A stretch of DNA of 64,000 nt from Bryobacterales bacterium (GTDB lineage Bacteria > Acidobacteriota > Terriglobia > Bryobacterales > UBA6623). Positions 28,850 through 38,312 of the stretch are shown here, in pieces; the stretch's first letter is position 1; every line of letters begins with the position of its first letter. The DNA is taken from contig OZ242259.1 of the NCBI GenBank assembly GCA_965207035.1, positions 3,117,329 through 3,181,328 of the forward strand, written 5' to 3'. Position numbers and translations under genes: made by a program. The notes under the pieces were generated by a model. It searched no databases. It worked only from the letters and a program-made list of their open reading frames with translations, and was not told the origin of the DNA.

Positions 28850-30013
28850 GTGAATTCCAGCAGCATCGTCCGCCGTCGTTTCCTGCAAGGGGTCGCCGCC
28901 GCTACGGCGGTGACATCCGTTCGAGCCCAGAACGATCCGCTACGCTTCGGCATGATCGGGGTCGGCAAGCGGGGCACTGCCCATCTGGGCCAGTTAGTCG
29001 AACGTTCCGACATCACGGTCCAGGCAGTTTGCGATATCGACTCCGCCGCCCGCGATGCCGCGCAGAGCGCAGCACAGGGGGACAACCCTCGTTCCTACAG
29101 CGACTACAGGGAGCTGCTCCGCCAGAGCGACGTCGACGCCGTGCTGATTGCCACGCCATGCTACCTGCACGCCGAAATGGCAGCAGCGGCGCTCGACGCA
29201 GGCAAGCACGTGTTCTGCGAGAAGCCGCTTGCGATCTCGGCGGACCAGGTCCAACTCGTACTGAATGCCGCGCGCAACTCGAAGTCCGTGTTCCAGATCG
29301 GGCAGCAGTCGCGCAACTCCCCGCACATGCAGGACGTCGTGCGCCAGATCCACGAGACGGGGCTCATCGGCACGCCGCTCGTCATCAAGGCCCAGCGACA
29401 CAGCACCCCTTCGAGACCGGGGACGCGGCGTGAATGCGGCAGCGGCCAACAGCGGCGCTTCCCGGGCTGGTACAACGACGTCAAGCTCTCGGGGGACCTG
29501 ATCGTCGAAAACGCCATTCATAACCTCGACGTCTGCAACTGGCTGACCGGCAGCCGGCCGGTCAGCGTCTACGGACACGGCAAGCGATACCTTCCCGAGC
29601 CGATGCCCGCCGGCACGGTCATGATGGACGGCTTCAGCGTCGAATACATCTACCGGAACGACATGCATCTTGACTACAGCCAGCTCTACCTGCACCCCCG
29701 AGCACTCAAGAAACTCCCAAACGGCATGTGGTTCGTCGTCTATGGCGAGAAGGGCACAATCGAACTGGACTACAGTTCCTGGACTTTCTACGACATTTAC
29801 GGGGACTCCGCGCCCGTCGAGCATCAAGCCCCGGAGGGCATCGACCTGACCGAAGCGGCCCACAACGACTTCGTGCGGGCAATCCGCGAAAACCATAGGC
29901 CGGTCGCTGACATCGATGTCGCCGCCACGGCGGCACTCACCAGCATCATGGGGAGGGAAGCCATCTACCAGCGCCGGATGGTCACGTGGGACGAGATGGG
30001 CGTCTCAATCTAG
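28850..30013 (+). CDS. Gfo/Idh/MocA family oxidoreductase with Tat signal
   Basis: VRRRFLQG twin-arginine motif; FGMIGVGKRG Rossmann fold; HVFCEKP; ENAIHNLD. Confidence 0.92.
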   Translation: MNSSSIVRRRFLQGVAAATAVTSVRAQNDPLRFGMIGVGKRGTAHLGQLVERSDITVQAVCDIDSAARDAAQSAAQGDNPRSYSDYRELLRQSDVDAVLIATPCYLHAEMAAAALDAGKHVFCEKPLAISADQVQLVLNAARNSKSVFQIGQQSRNSPHMQDVVRQIHETGLIGTPLVIKAQRHSTPSRPGTRRECGSGQQRRFPGWYNDVKLSGDLIVENAIHNLDVCNWLTGSRPVSVYGHGKRYLPEPMPAGTVMMDGFSVEYIYRNDMHLDYSQLYLHPRALKKLPNGMWFVVYGEKGTIELDYSSWTFYDIYGDSAPVEHQAPEGIDLTEAAHNDFVRAIRENHRPVADIDVAATAALTSIMGREAIYQRRMVTWDEMGVSI

Positions 30014-30124
30014 AAATCACCTACCAGACTTGGCCTCGGATCGCCGGACTCTACTGATGCACCCATGCTGGCGTACAACGGCTTGAATCTTGGAACGGCG
30101 GCTCGGACAATGATGCGGAGCGCA

Positions 30125-31018
30125 ATGAAACCAAACCTGAGTTTCTGGCTGATCTGCTGGCTCGCTGTGGGGTCAGTGAGCTGGTGCCAACCGGTCCAAC
30201 TCCCATCTCAGGAAAGCAGGCCACTGCCGCAACTGGAGGAATTCCTTGAGCATGTCAAGCAAAACTTGAGCGGAGATCGCATGCTGCAGAGTCAGTATAC
30301 TTTCAGCCGCCACGAAACCACCCAACAGATTGATCCTCAAGGGAAAGTGAAGAGCAGCTCGTCTAAGCAATGGGAAGTCTTCCCATCTGTCGATCCGAAG
30401 CTTTCCTACCAGCGCTTGATCGAGGAAGATGGAGTACCAATCAAACCCTCGCAACTCGAGAGCCAAGACCACAAGCATCGCGAGAAGGTAGAAAAAAGTA
30501 AGCAACTCACGCCTGAGCTGGTCGAGAAGAAACGCCGGGAGGCAAGACAAGAAGAACAGCGCGAGATCGAGGAACTCTTTCGACTCTTTAGGTTCCGGAT
30601 GCTGGACCGGGATACGGTTGAAGGAATCTCCACTGTTGTCGTCTCGTTTGAGCCTCGGCCCAGCTACCGGCCCGCCCTCAAGTCCATTCGTCCTCTGCGA
30701 AAGATGCGAGGACAAGCCTGGATCTGTGAAGACGACTATCAAGTGGTTAAGGTCGAGATCGAGACCATTGAGTCTCTGTCCTTAGCGTGGGGTGTGGTCG
30801 CGCGCTTACACAAAGGGGCCCGTTTGCGATTTATGCGGCGAAAGGTCAACGACGAGGTCTGGCTGCCGGCCGAGTCCCATTTCCTGGTTTCGGGAAGGGT
30901 CCTGTTGGTAAAGAAGTTCCGCGTCGAGATCCGCAACCGCTATTCCGACTACCGCAAGTTCACCGTGGAGGACTCGGTCAACTATCTCCCGGATCCAACG
31001 TCTCCGGTTCCCAAATGA
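30125..31018 (+). CDS. Exported hypothetical protein (outer-membrane lipoprotein-sorting/LolA-like fold suspected)
   Basis: Signal peptide; YTF..HET, GQAWICEDDYQVVKVE, VWLP, YSDYRKF pattern recalled from Acidobacteria. Fold assignment is inference. Confidence 0.65.
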   Translation: MKPNLSFWLICWLAVGSVSWCQPVQLPSQESRPLPQLEEFLEHVKQNLSGDRMLQSQYTFSRHETTQQIDPQGKVKSSSSKQWEVFPSVDPKLSYQRLIEEDGVPIKPSQLESQDHKHREKVEKSKQLTPELVEKKRREARQEEQREIEELFRLFRFRMLDRDTVEGISTVVVSFEPRPSYRPALKSIRPLRKMRGQAWICEDDYQVVKVEIETIESLSLAWGVVARLHKGARLRFMRRKVNDEVWLPAESHFLVSGRVLLVKKFRVEIRNRYSDYRKFTVEDSVNYLPDPTSPVPK

Positions 31019-31631
31019 ATCACTCCTGCTATGGGTGCTTTGGCCAGGGCTCATTGCACCGGAAGCAACTCTAGTCGGTTGCTGGGTCCGGGAAGCACTC
31101 CTCCCCAATCTGACGCACGAACTATCGAGACGCTGACAAGGCGGTTACCGTGAAGACTGATTGAGCTATGAATCTGCTTCAGAATCAGATTGGCCCGGAT
31201 CGCCCGACTAGCAATTTGTGCTTGGATCATAGGACCGCACCATCGTCTCCATTCCAAAGATCCTGAACAAGGGAATCGGCAGCTAGCGCAAACCTGGTTT
31301 CGGTGCAACGGTCTGAAGGGATTCATTCGCACGTTAGTTTCTGGCCTCGCTCAGGCTACCACCGAGTACATCGTGGCGGGTCCCAGTGGGCGGGAGAGAC
31401 GAAAAGAGTTTACCGGCGACATGCGCCTGGCGCTCGAAGCGAGTCGGTCGAAGCCAGTCTTGATCGACCCAGTGCAATTGGCGCAGACTCTGCGGGGAAT
31501 CAGGGAACTTCGCACTGGTCATGCCTATCTCAGACTGCACTGACTCGCCTGAGACCTCGTGAAGAACCGGATACTACATTATTGAGGTCGCAATCGATCC
31601 TGCACGTCCGGAGTCCAAGGTTATTGCTGTT

Positions 31632-34211
31632 ATGCATCTGAGAAAATCGCCCCTCGTCCTCTTTGCCCCCGAGACTGCGCGCCGCTCGCTTCAAGTGGTT
31701 CGTGGTCGCGCGACGAACTCCGTAAGCTGCGGTGCCGCGGCGTCGGAAATTCCGCTGCGATTCATCCGCTCGGTTGTTCGTTTTGCGCGTTTGGCTTGCA
31801 TTGCTCTGCTCATTGCGGGAACCGCGGTTTCGCAGAGCTTCATAACCCTTCCTCTCGACGAGAACGGCAATCCCGTTCTGCCACCTCGCACCGTACTCGA
31901 AGCAGCCTACAGCATCGACACCATTGGAGGAACCGGATACGAGGGTTACGGCGGTGACGGTGGACCCGCCACCGAGGCGGTTTTTTTCACTCCATCCAGT
32001 CTCGCCGTCGATAAAGCCGGGAACGTGTACGTGGTCGACCGGAACAACAACCGGGTGCGTAGAATCGACGTCTCCGGAACGGTCTCGACGGTCGCGGGCA
32101 CCGGGCGCCAGGGCACGTCCGGGGATGGCGGGCCGGCTACTGATGCGCAGCTCTTCAGTCCCAGTGCGATCGCTCTAGACGCTGATGGCAACATTCTTGT
32201 CGCCAGTTCCAGCGGACACTGTGTTCGCAAGATCGACGAAGGAGGCACAATCACAACGATCGCGGGCACCGGTGAGCAAGGGTCGAGTGGAGATGGTGGA
32301 CCAGCAATCGAGGCGAAGCTTGACCGGCCCAATGCGATCGCCGTTGATGGCGAGGGCAACGTCTACGTTGCCGAACACGGCTCGCACCGAGTGCGAAAGA
32401 TTAGTGCCGTTGGTGTCATCACAACGTTTGCGGGAAACGGGGTGAGGGGCCACGGAGGGGACGGTGGGCCTGCCACAGACGCGCAGCTGGATTTCGTGAA
32501 CGGCCTGGCGGTTGACGCGGCTGGCAACGTCTACATGGCGGACATGAATCAGGCAAGAGTTCGCAGAGTAGACCCTTCAGGGATGATCACCACAGTCGTC
32601 GGGACGGGAATCAGAGGATGGTCCGGCGATGGCGGTCCCGCCACCGAGGCCCGAATCGCTACCCCGGCGGGCATCGCAGTAGACTCGGAGGGAAATCTCT
32701 TCGTGACCGAGTACTGGGTGGGCCGGATTCGGAAGGTTGATCCGGACGGAATCATTACGACAATCGCAGGAACAAGCCAGCAGCAGTCTTCAGGGGACAT
32801 GGGCCCGGCATCCAGAGCTGGTATCGACCGGCCCAGCGCAATCGCAGTTGGTCCCTCCGGGAATCTCTATATCACCGAAGCCTTCGGCAACAAGATTCGA
32901 ATCCTGAGGCCTGTTGCCCAGCAATCGGCGTTTACGCTGACCCTTGGTTCGAGTGGGGATGAGGTATTGCTCGCGGTGGCCAAGAACGGGGTCGTCAAAA
33001 TCGGTGATCAGCCGCTCCTGAACGGATTCGAGGTCACGGCGCGTGATGGCTCGAAGTACTTGATTTCGCAGAACCCCGCTGGGGTGATTGTTGCCACTCA
33101 CATCCCGGAGCAAATCGTTGCTGTTGAGGATCGAGGCGGCAATCCCATTCTGACCCCAGTGGGCGCACCGGACGGAGCCTACATCATTGACGTCATCGGA
33201 GGGACTGGACACCACGGTGTCGGTGGTGACGGCGGCCCGGCGACCAAAGCAGTATTCCGCACTCCAGACGGTGTGGCTGTAGATGCGGAAGGAAACGCGT
33301 ACGTGGTAGACCGCAACAATAGCCGGGTGCGTAGGATCGACGTCTCTGGACTGGTCTCTACGATCGCTGGCACCGGGCGCCAAGGCACGTCCGGGGATGG
33401 CGGGCCGGCTATTGATGCGCAGCTCTTCAATCCCAGTGCGATTGCTCTAGACGCTGATGGCAACATTCTTGTCGCCAGTTCCGGCGGACACTGTGTTCGC
33501 AAGATCGACGGAGCGGGCATGATCACGACCATCGCGGGGACAGGAGAGCAAGGGTCGAGTGGAGATGGTGGACCAGCAATCGAGGCGAACCTTGACGGAC
33601 CCAATGCGATCGCCGTTGATGGCGAGGGCAACGTCTACGTTGCCGAATACGGCTCGCACAGAGTGCGAAAGATTGATACTGCGGGCATCATTACTGCGTT
33701 TGCTGGAACCGGGGTGAAGGGCCATGGAGGGGACGGTGGGCGCGCTACAGACGCCAAGCTGGATTACGTGAGGGGCTTGGCGGTCGATTCGGCTGGCAAT
33801 GTCTACTTGACAGACATGAATCAGGCCCGAGTTCGAAGGGTTGATTCTGGCGGGACAATTGACACAGTCGTAGGGACTGGGGCAAGTGGATGGTCGGGCG
33901 ATGATGGTCCAGCCACTAAGGCCCGGATCGCCACTCCCGCGGGAATAGCCGTGGATTCTGAGGGGAGTCTCTTCCTGACCGAGTTCTGGGCGGGTCGGAT
34001 TCGAAAGGTCGATCCGGACGGAATCATCACGACGGTCGCAGGCACGGGTCGCCAGGAATCTACCGGAGACATGGGCCTGGCAGTCGAAGCCAGCCTGGAC
34101 CGGCCCAGTGGAATTGCCATAGACTCGGCGGGGAATCTCTACGTCACTGAAGCCTACGGAAACCGAGTGCGGAAACTCAGGCCTGCTGGTAGCAAGGACG
34201 GGACTCGGTGA
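31632..34211 (+). CDS. NHL-repeat (teneurin-like) exported protein with two duplicated propeller blocks
   Basis: About 12 repeats of TIAGTG...GDGGPA..A.L..P..IAVD..GN.YVA/D.....RVRKID. True start probably downstream of 31632. Confidence 0.9.
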   Translation: MHLRKSPLVLFAPETARRSLQVVRGRATNSVSCGAAASEIPLRFIRSVVRFARLACIALLIAGTAVSQSFITLPLDENGNPVLPPRTVLEAAYSIDTIGGTGYEGYGGDGGPATEAVFFTPSSLAVDKAGNVYVVDRNNNRVRRIDVSGTVSTVAGTGRQGTSGDGGPATDAQLFSPSAIALDADGNILVASSSGHCVRKIDEGGTITTIAGTGEQGSSGDGGPAIEAKLDRPNAIAVDGEGNVYVAEHGSHRVRKISAVGVITTFAGNGVRGHGGDGGPATDAQLDFVNGLAVDAAGNVYMADMNQARVRRVDPSGMITTVVGTGIRGWSGDGGPATEARIATPAGIAVDSEGNLFVTEYWVGRIRKVDPDGIITTIAGTSQQQSSGDMGPASRAGIDRPSAIAVGPSGNLYITEAFGNKIRILRPVAQQSAFTLTLGSSGDEVLLAVAKNGVVKIGDQPLLNGFEVTARDGSKYLISQNPAGVIVATHIPEQIVAVEDRGGNPILTPVGAPDGAYIIDVIGGTGHHGVGGDGGPATKAVFRTPDGVAVDAEGNAYVVDRNNSRVRRIDVSGLVSTIAGTGRQGTSGDGGPAIDAQLFNPSAIALDADGNILVASSGGHCVRKIDGAGMITTIAGTGEQGSSGDGGPAIEANLDGPNAIAVDGEGNVYVAEYGSHRVRKIDTAGIITAFAGTGVKGHGGDGGRATDAKLDYVRGLAVDSAGNVYLTDMNQARVRRVDSGGTIDTVVGTGASGWSGDDGPATKARIATPAGIAVDSEGSLFLTEFWAGRIRKVDPDGIITTVAGTGRQESTGDMGLAVEASLDRPSGIAIDSAGNLYVTEAYGNRVRKLRPAGSKDGTR
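31866..34186 (+). repeat. Intragenic direct duplication, about 1.05-kb block repeated at an offset of 1272 bp
   Basis: Matching anchors: GGCAATCCC.TTCTG at 31866/33138, GCCTAC at 31905/33177, AGGCCT at 32907/34179. Long stretches are near-identical, e.g. GGCACGTCCGGGGATGGCGGGCCGGCTA. Confidence 0.9.
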
Positions 34212-34906
34212 TGCTGTATGCAAGCCAGAGCACAGAAGCGCACCTGCTTGCCGCCAAGGTCGGAGAACCGCGAAGAGCGGCTCGCATAAGATCGCGACCA
34301 AGTCCGTGCAAGCTGCTTCCCGCTAGCGCCCCATCGCATTGGGGTTGACCGTCCAGCTTGCGACTGGCGGCGGCCCCGGATCCACGACGATGCGCTTGTC
34401 CTACCCTTCCACGCGCAGCTGTTCCTGGGAGGTCCTGATCACTTGGGCCAGCTGCTTGCGCGGAGTTCTTGCGGCAATAATGCGGAGGCCGGTGTGAAGC
34501 CTACCTGCACCTTGAGCGACGGGTGGCCCTCCCGTATCCTGATTCGACTTGGCTCTCTGAGCAAGGCTGGTCTTGCCGTTGCTCTGAATTCTCCGTGCCC
34601 GCGACAGGGGAGCCGACCGATACCTTCTCGAGTTCGTGGCTTCCAGACGAAACCCATTCAGTCGAATTGCAGGCGGGCGAACCTTTGGTCCGAATGAGTG
34701 GATCCATGGATAAGAGCTGTTCCCACCATTGCCGGGCAGATCGCGCTCTTGCGGCAGCCATCCGTCGTGCCAAACGTTGATCAAGGGTCCGGTCGTGGGG
34801 TTAGACCGGAAAACCCCATTCGGGGCACGCAGCGCAACATGAAAAGACTAGCCTCAACCGTGCTCAAAGAAATCTGTCGCGAGATCAAGGCACTACACTG
34901 GAACTT

Positions 34907-35974
34907 ATGGAGACTCATCTCACCAATGCCCGACGCCGGCGCGTTGGGCTCGGAGTCGCGGTGCTACTATTCGCAAGCCCTTGGCTGGCAGGCGCCCAGA
35001 CGCCGACTGCCGGGCCAGAGCGCGGCGCTGTGGTACCCGAATTCGAAGCCGAAGACCAATCGGGCCAGTCCCGAACATTCAAGGACCTCACGGGCGAGAA
35101 CGGGCTCCTGCTACTGTTCTTCCGCTCGGCCGACTGGTGACCGTTCTGCAAGGGCCAGCTCGTGCAGCTGGAGCGCAAGCGTCAGGCATTCGAAGACAAA
35201 GGGGTCCGAATTGCTGGCATTAGCAACGACCGCGTCGGTGCCCTCAAGGCCTTCTCCGACAGAGCGGGCATCGGCTTTCCGCTACTCTCCGATCCGGATT
35301 CCGCGATCATCCGCGAGTTTGGTGTGCTCAACGAAGAAGTACCGAAAGACCATCAGTTCTACGGGATCCCCCACCCGGTCGAGTTTCTCCTGGGTCCCGA
35401 CCGCGTCGTCCGCGAGAAATTTCACGAAGCCAGCTACAGGGACCGTTTCACGGCCGGTCGAGTTCTGGTCCGGCAACTTGGCAGCGATTCAGGAGCAGCA
35501 CGATCGACCGCGCGAACATCGCACTTGAAGCTCACGACGTGGGCAAGCGACGCCGCCGTACGCGGCGGCAACCGCTTCGCACTGGTGGTCGACGTCGATC
35601 TCAATCAGAAGATGCATGTCTATTCACCCGAAGTGGAGGGCTATATTCCTATCGACTGGCGCATGGAGGAAGCTGCTGGCGTGACGGTTTACGATGCCGA
35701 GTACCCGGAGTCCAAGTCGCTGCACTTGCCAGCGATCGACGAGACAGTGCCCGTGTACGAGGGTTCGTTCCGCTTGGTCAGGGACGTAATGATCGGCCAA
35801 GACAGACAACTCGGTGACCTGCTAAAGGATGGCAAGCTAACGATTCGCGGCAGCCTGCGGTATCAGGCTTGCGACGACAAGATGTGCTACCTGCCCACCT
35901 CCGTACCGCTCGAATGGACTGTCGACTTCGAGCAACACGACCGACAGAGAGTCAGCGAAGACCTCCGGCGATAA
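34907..35974 (+). CDS. Predicted selenoprotein: AhpC/TSA (peroxiredoxin-like) domain with UxxC motif fused to DsbD N-terminal domain
   Basis: ORFs 34907-35140 and 35162-35974 are in the same frame and joined by TGA 35138-40, giving FFRSADW-U-PFCKGQLVQL. C-terminal YQACDDKMCYLP is the DsbD-alpha Cys pair; signal peptide present. Confidence 0.85.
35155..35171 (+). promoter_or_regulatory. Candidate bacterial SECIS hairpin
   Basis: CCAGCT-CGTGC-AGCTGG is a perfect 6-bp stem. The loop has G at its second position and starts 20 nt after the UGA. Confidence 0.6.
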
Positions 35975-36134
35975 GCGCAACAGTGTCCTAACAAGAAGTC
36001 GGAATCCGGACGCGGTGGCTGGGGGACGTTGCCGACGCAGGTAGTCGGAACGGCCGTTTCGGCCCATCGTAGACGAGTGCCCGCACAGACAGGGTCCATA
36101 CTTAGATACGATCGCCTAAGGGCAGGAACTAGCC

Positions 36135-36620
36135 ATGCCAGAGTCCACTCCAGCTACGATCGAAGGCGGATTGACCGCTCAAGGGCTGCGATTCGGCTGC
36201 GTGGTGGCGCGTTTCAACAGCTTCATCACGGACCGGCTCTTGGCGGGAGCGCTAGACGCCATCAATCGGCACGGCGGCGACGTGGACAACGTCACTGTTG
36301 CCCGCGTCCCTGGATCCCTTGAACTCGCAACAGCGGCGAGCGCCATGGCGGCAAGCGGAAACTACGACGCCCTGATTTGTCTCGGCGCGGTCATCCAGGG
36401 CGAGACGGACCACTACGACCACGTCGCCTCCGGAGCGGCCAGCAGCATCGCGCGGATCGGGCCGGAGAGCGGTGTGCCGACCATCTTCGGCGTGCTCACT
36501 TGCGAGAACGCCGAGCAGGCAATCGACCGGGCGGGGGGCAAGAGCGGCAACGCCGGCTTCAACGCAGCAACAGCGGCGATCGAGATGGCCAACTTGCTCG
36601 GCAAGCTCAAAGCCGAGTAG
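36135..36620 (+). CDS. ribH: 6,7-dimethyl-8-ribityllumazine synthase
   Basis: VVARFNSFITDRLL.GA, VPGSLEL, CLGAVIQGETDHYD, FGVLTC, AIEMANL. Confidence 0.97.
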   Translation: MPESTPATIEGGLTAQGLRFGCVVARFNSFITDRLLAGALDAINRHGGDVDNVTVARVPGSLELATAASAMAASGNYDALICLGAVIQGETDHYDHVASGAASSIARIGPESGVPTIFGVLTCENAEQAIDRAGGKSGNAGFNAATAAIEMANLLGKLKAE

Positions 36621-36638
36621 CCCGGCCAGATCTAAGTC

Positions 36639-37079
36639 ATGCCGTCCCGCCGCCGTTCGCGCGAGAGCGCGTTGCAGATGATCTACCAGTGGGGGATCGG
36701 CGGCGGATCACCGGAGAAGGTCGTGGAGGACTTCTTTGGCGGCTTGGCTGGGGATGGACCGCGCCCGGTTGATCCCTTCGCCGAGCGGCTCTTCCTGGGC
36801 GTGACCCAGGAAGTCAGGGAGCTGGATGCAATTATCCAGCGACATTCGAGCCGGTGGTCGCCTGAGCGCATGTCCACGGTCGTCCGCGACCTGTTACGGC
36901 TCGCTATCGCCGAGTTGCGGTGGGCGAAGACGCCGCCGCGGGTGGTGATCGACGAGGCGTTGGAAATCGGAAGGCGCTTCGCAGGTGACGACGCCACGGC
37001 ATTCCTAAACGGCGTTCTCGACGCCGCCCGCCGTGAAGCCGAGTCTCAACCGAAGGCACAGCGTTCAGCGACAACCTGA
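36639..37079 (+). CDS. nusB: Transcription antitermination factor NusB
   Basis: RRRSRESALQMIYQW, LRLAIAEL, VVIDEALEIGRRF, FLNGVLD; canonical position after ribH. Confidence 0.95.
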   Translation: MPSRRRSRESALQMIYQWGIGGGSPEKVVEDFFGGLAGDGPRPVDPFAERLFLGVTQEVRELDAIIQRHSSRWSPERMSTVVRDLLRLAIAELRWAKTPPRVVIDEALEIGRRFAGDDATAFLNGVLDAARREAESQPKAQRSATT

Positions 37080-37116
37080 CCCGCCGCAGGCTCCCGCAAC
37101 TCGTGGAGCGAGGTGC

Positions 37117-38184
37117 TCAGGGCCTCACGATCCGCACCCTGTGGTTTTCGCTATCCCCGATGTACACGTTACTCGCGGTGTCGACGTAGACTCCATGGGG
37201 CCGCGCCAAGCCGCACTTCAAGGGATCGCCGTCCGGTCCGTCATGCCGAGTTCCGTCGCCAGCGACTGTCGAGATCGTCCCCGTTTCCGGGTCAATCCGG
37301 CGGATTGCCTGATTCTCGGTGTCGGCAAGGTAGATTGCCTGGTCCGGGCCCACTTCGATGCCCTTGGGACCGGCCAGGGTCGCCTTGACTGCGGGGCCGC
37401 CATCGCCGGTAAATCCCTTCTCGCCTGTTCCGGCCACGTGGTGAAGGCGCATTGCCTGCATGTCCAAGCGGTAGACCGCGTTGCCCTCGCGCAGGGCAAT
37501 GTACATGTCTCCGTTTGGCGCGAAGGCCAAGGCCCGGGGCCCATTCAGAGGGGTTCCATCCACGGGAGCGCCGTCGGGTGTCGGCGCCTTGGTCCCGTTG
37601 CCGGCGAAGGTTGTGACGATTCCGGTCCTGAGATCAACCCGGCGGATCCGGTGGTTTCCGATGTCGGCGATATACAGCGATCCCTTACCGTCCAGAGCGA
37701 TCGAATGGGGACGGTTGAACTGCGCCTTGATGGCAGGGCCTCCATCTCCGGAGAATCCACGCTCACCTGTGCCGGCCACCGTCGAGATCACTCCGGTCGA
37801 TGCATCAACCCGCCGGACTACGGCATTCAGCATTTCGACGAAGTACATGTTGCCCGAGGCGTCGAAGCGGACTTCATAAGGGTCATTGAGCATCGCCTCT
37901 CGGGCCGGACCTCCGTCGCCGGAATAACCGACTTTCCCGGTACCAGCGACAGTCGAGATCGTGCCTTCCGCCATGTCGATCCGCCGGATCCGCTCGGTGT
38001 CGATCTCGCACACGTAGAGCGCCCCGTCGGGACCGAGAGTGAGGCCGTATGGGTTGCCGACCTGCGCTGCGGTCGCGGGACCGCCATCGCCTGTGGCGCC
38101 GGACTCCCCGGTCCCGGCCAAGGTTTCCGTTGTCGCCGCCGACAAACAGGGCACAGCCAAAATGGCCGCAAGAAGTAATCGCAT
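37117..38184 (-). CDS. Secreted NHL-repeat (teneurin-like) beta-propeller protein
   Basis: Signal peptide followed by six STVAGTG...GDGGPA..A....P repeats. Confidence 0.9.
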   Translation of the reverse strand: MRLLLAAILAVPCLSAATTETLAGTGESGATGDGGPATAAQVGNPYGLTLGPDGALYVCEIDTERIRRIDMAEGTISTVAGTGKVGYSGDGGPAREAMLNDPYEVRFDASGNMYFVEMLNAVVRRVDASTGVISTVAGTGERGFSGDGGPAIKAQFNRPHSIALDGKGSLYIADIGNHRIRRVDLRTGIVTTFAGNGTKAPTPDGAPVDGTPLNGPRALAFAPNGDMYIALREGNAVYRLDMQAMRLHHVAGTGEKGFTGDGGPAVKATLAGPKGIEVGPDQAIYLADTENQAIRRIDPETGTISTVAGDGTRHDGPDGDPLKCGLARPHGVYVDTASNVYIGDSENHRVRIVRP

Positions 38185-38312
38185 GCGGACAGGTTAGCTC
38201 ACCCGTACTGATAACGGGGCTAACACGCATGGTAGTCCTGCGGAACCAAGAAAGAAGCCGCGCCCCGAGGAATGAAGATTCCGCTGGCTGCGATAGAAGT
38301 TTCTCTCGACCC

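Noticed and set aside
31020-31630. Gap with several 70-117 aa ORFs on both strands
   Set aside because: No motif, RBS or consistent coding signal could be supported.
34212-34906. About 700-bp gap upstream of the selenoprotein gene with overlapping short ORFs
   Set aside because: No recognisable product or RNA motif; no selC-like tRNA seen.
35990-36134. Possible FMN riboswitch upstream of ribH
   Set aside because: The conserved RFN motifs are not visible and the gap is short.
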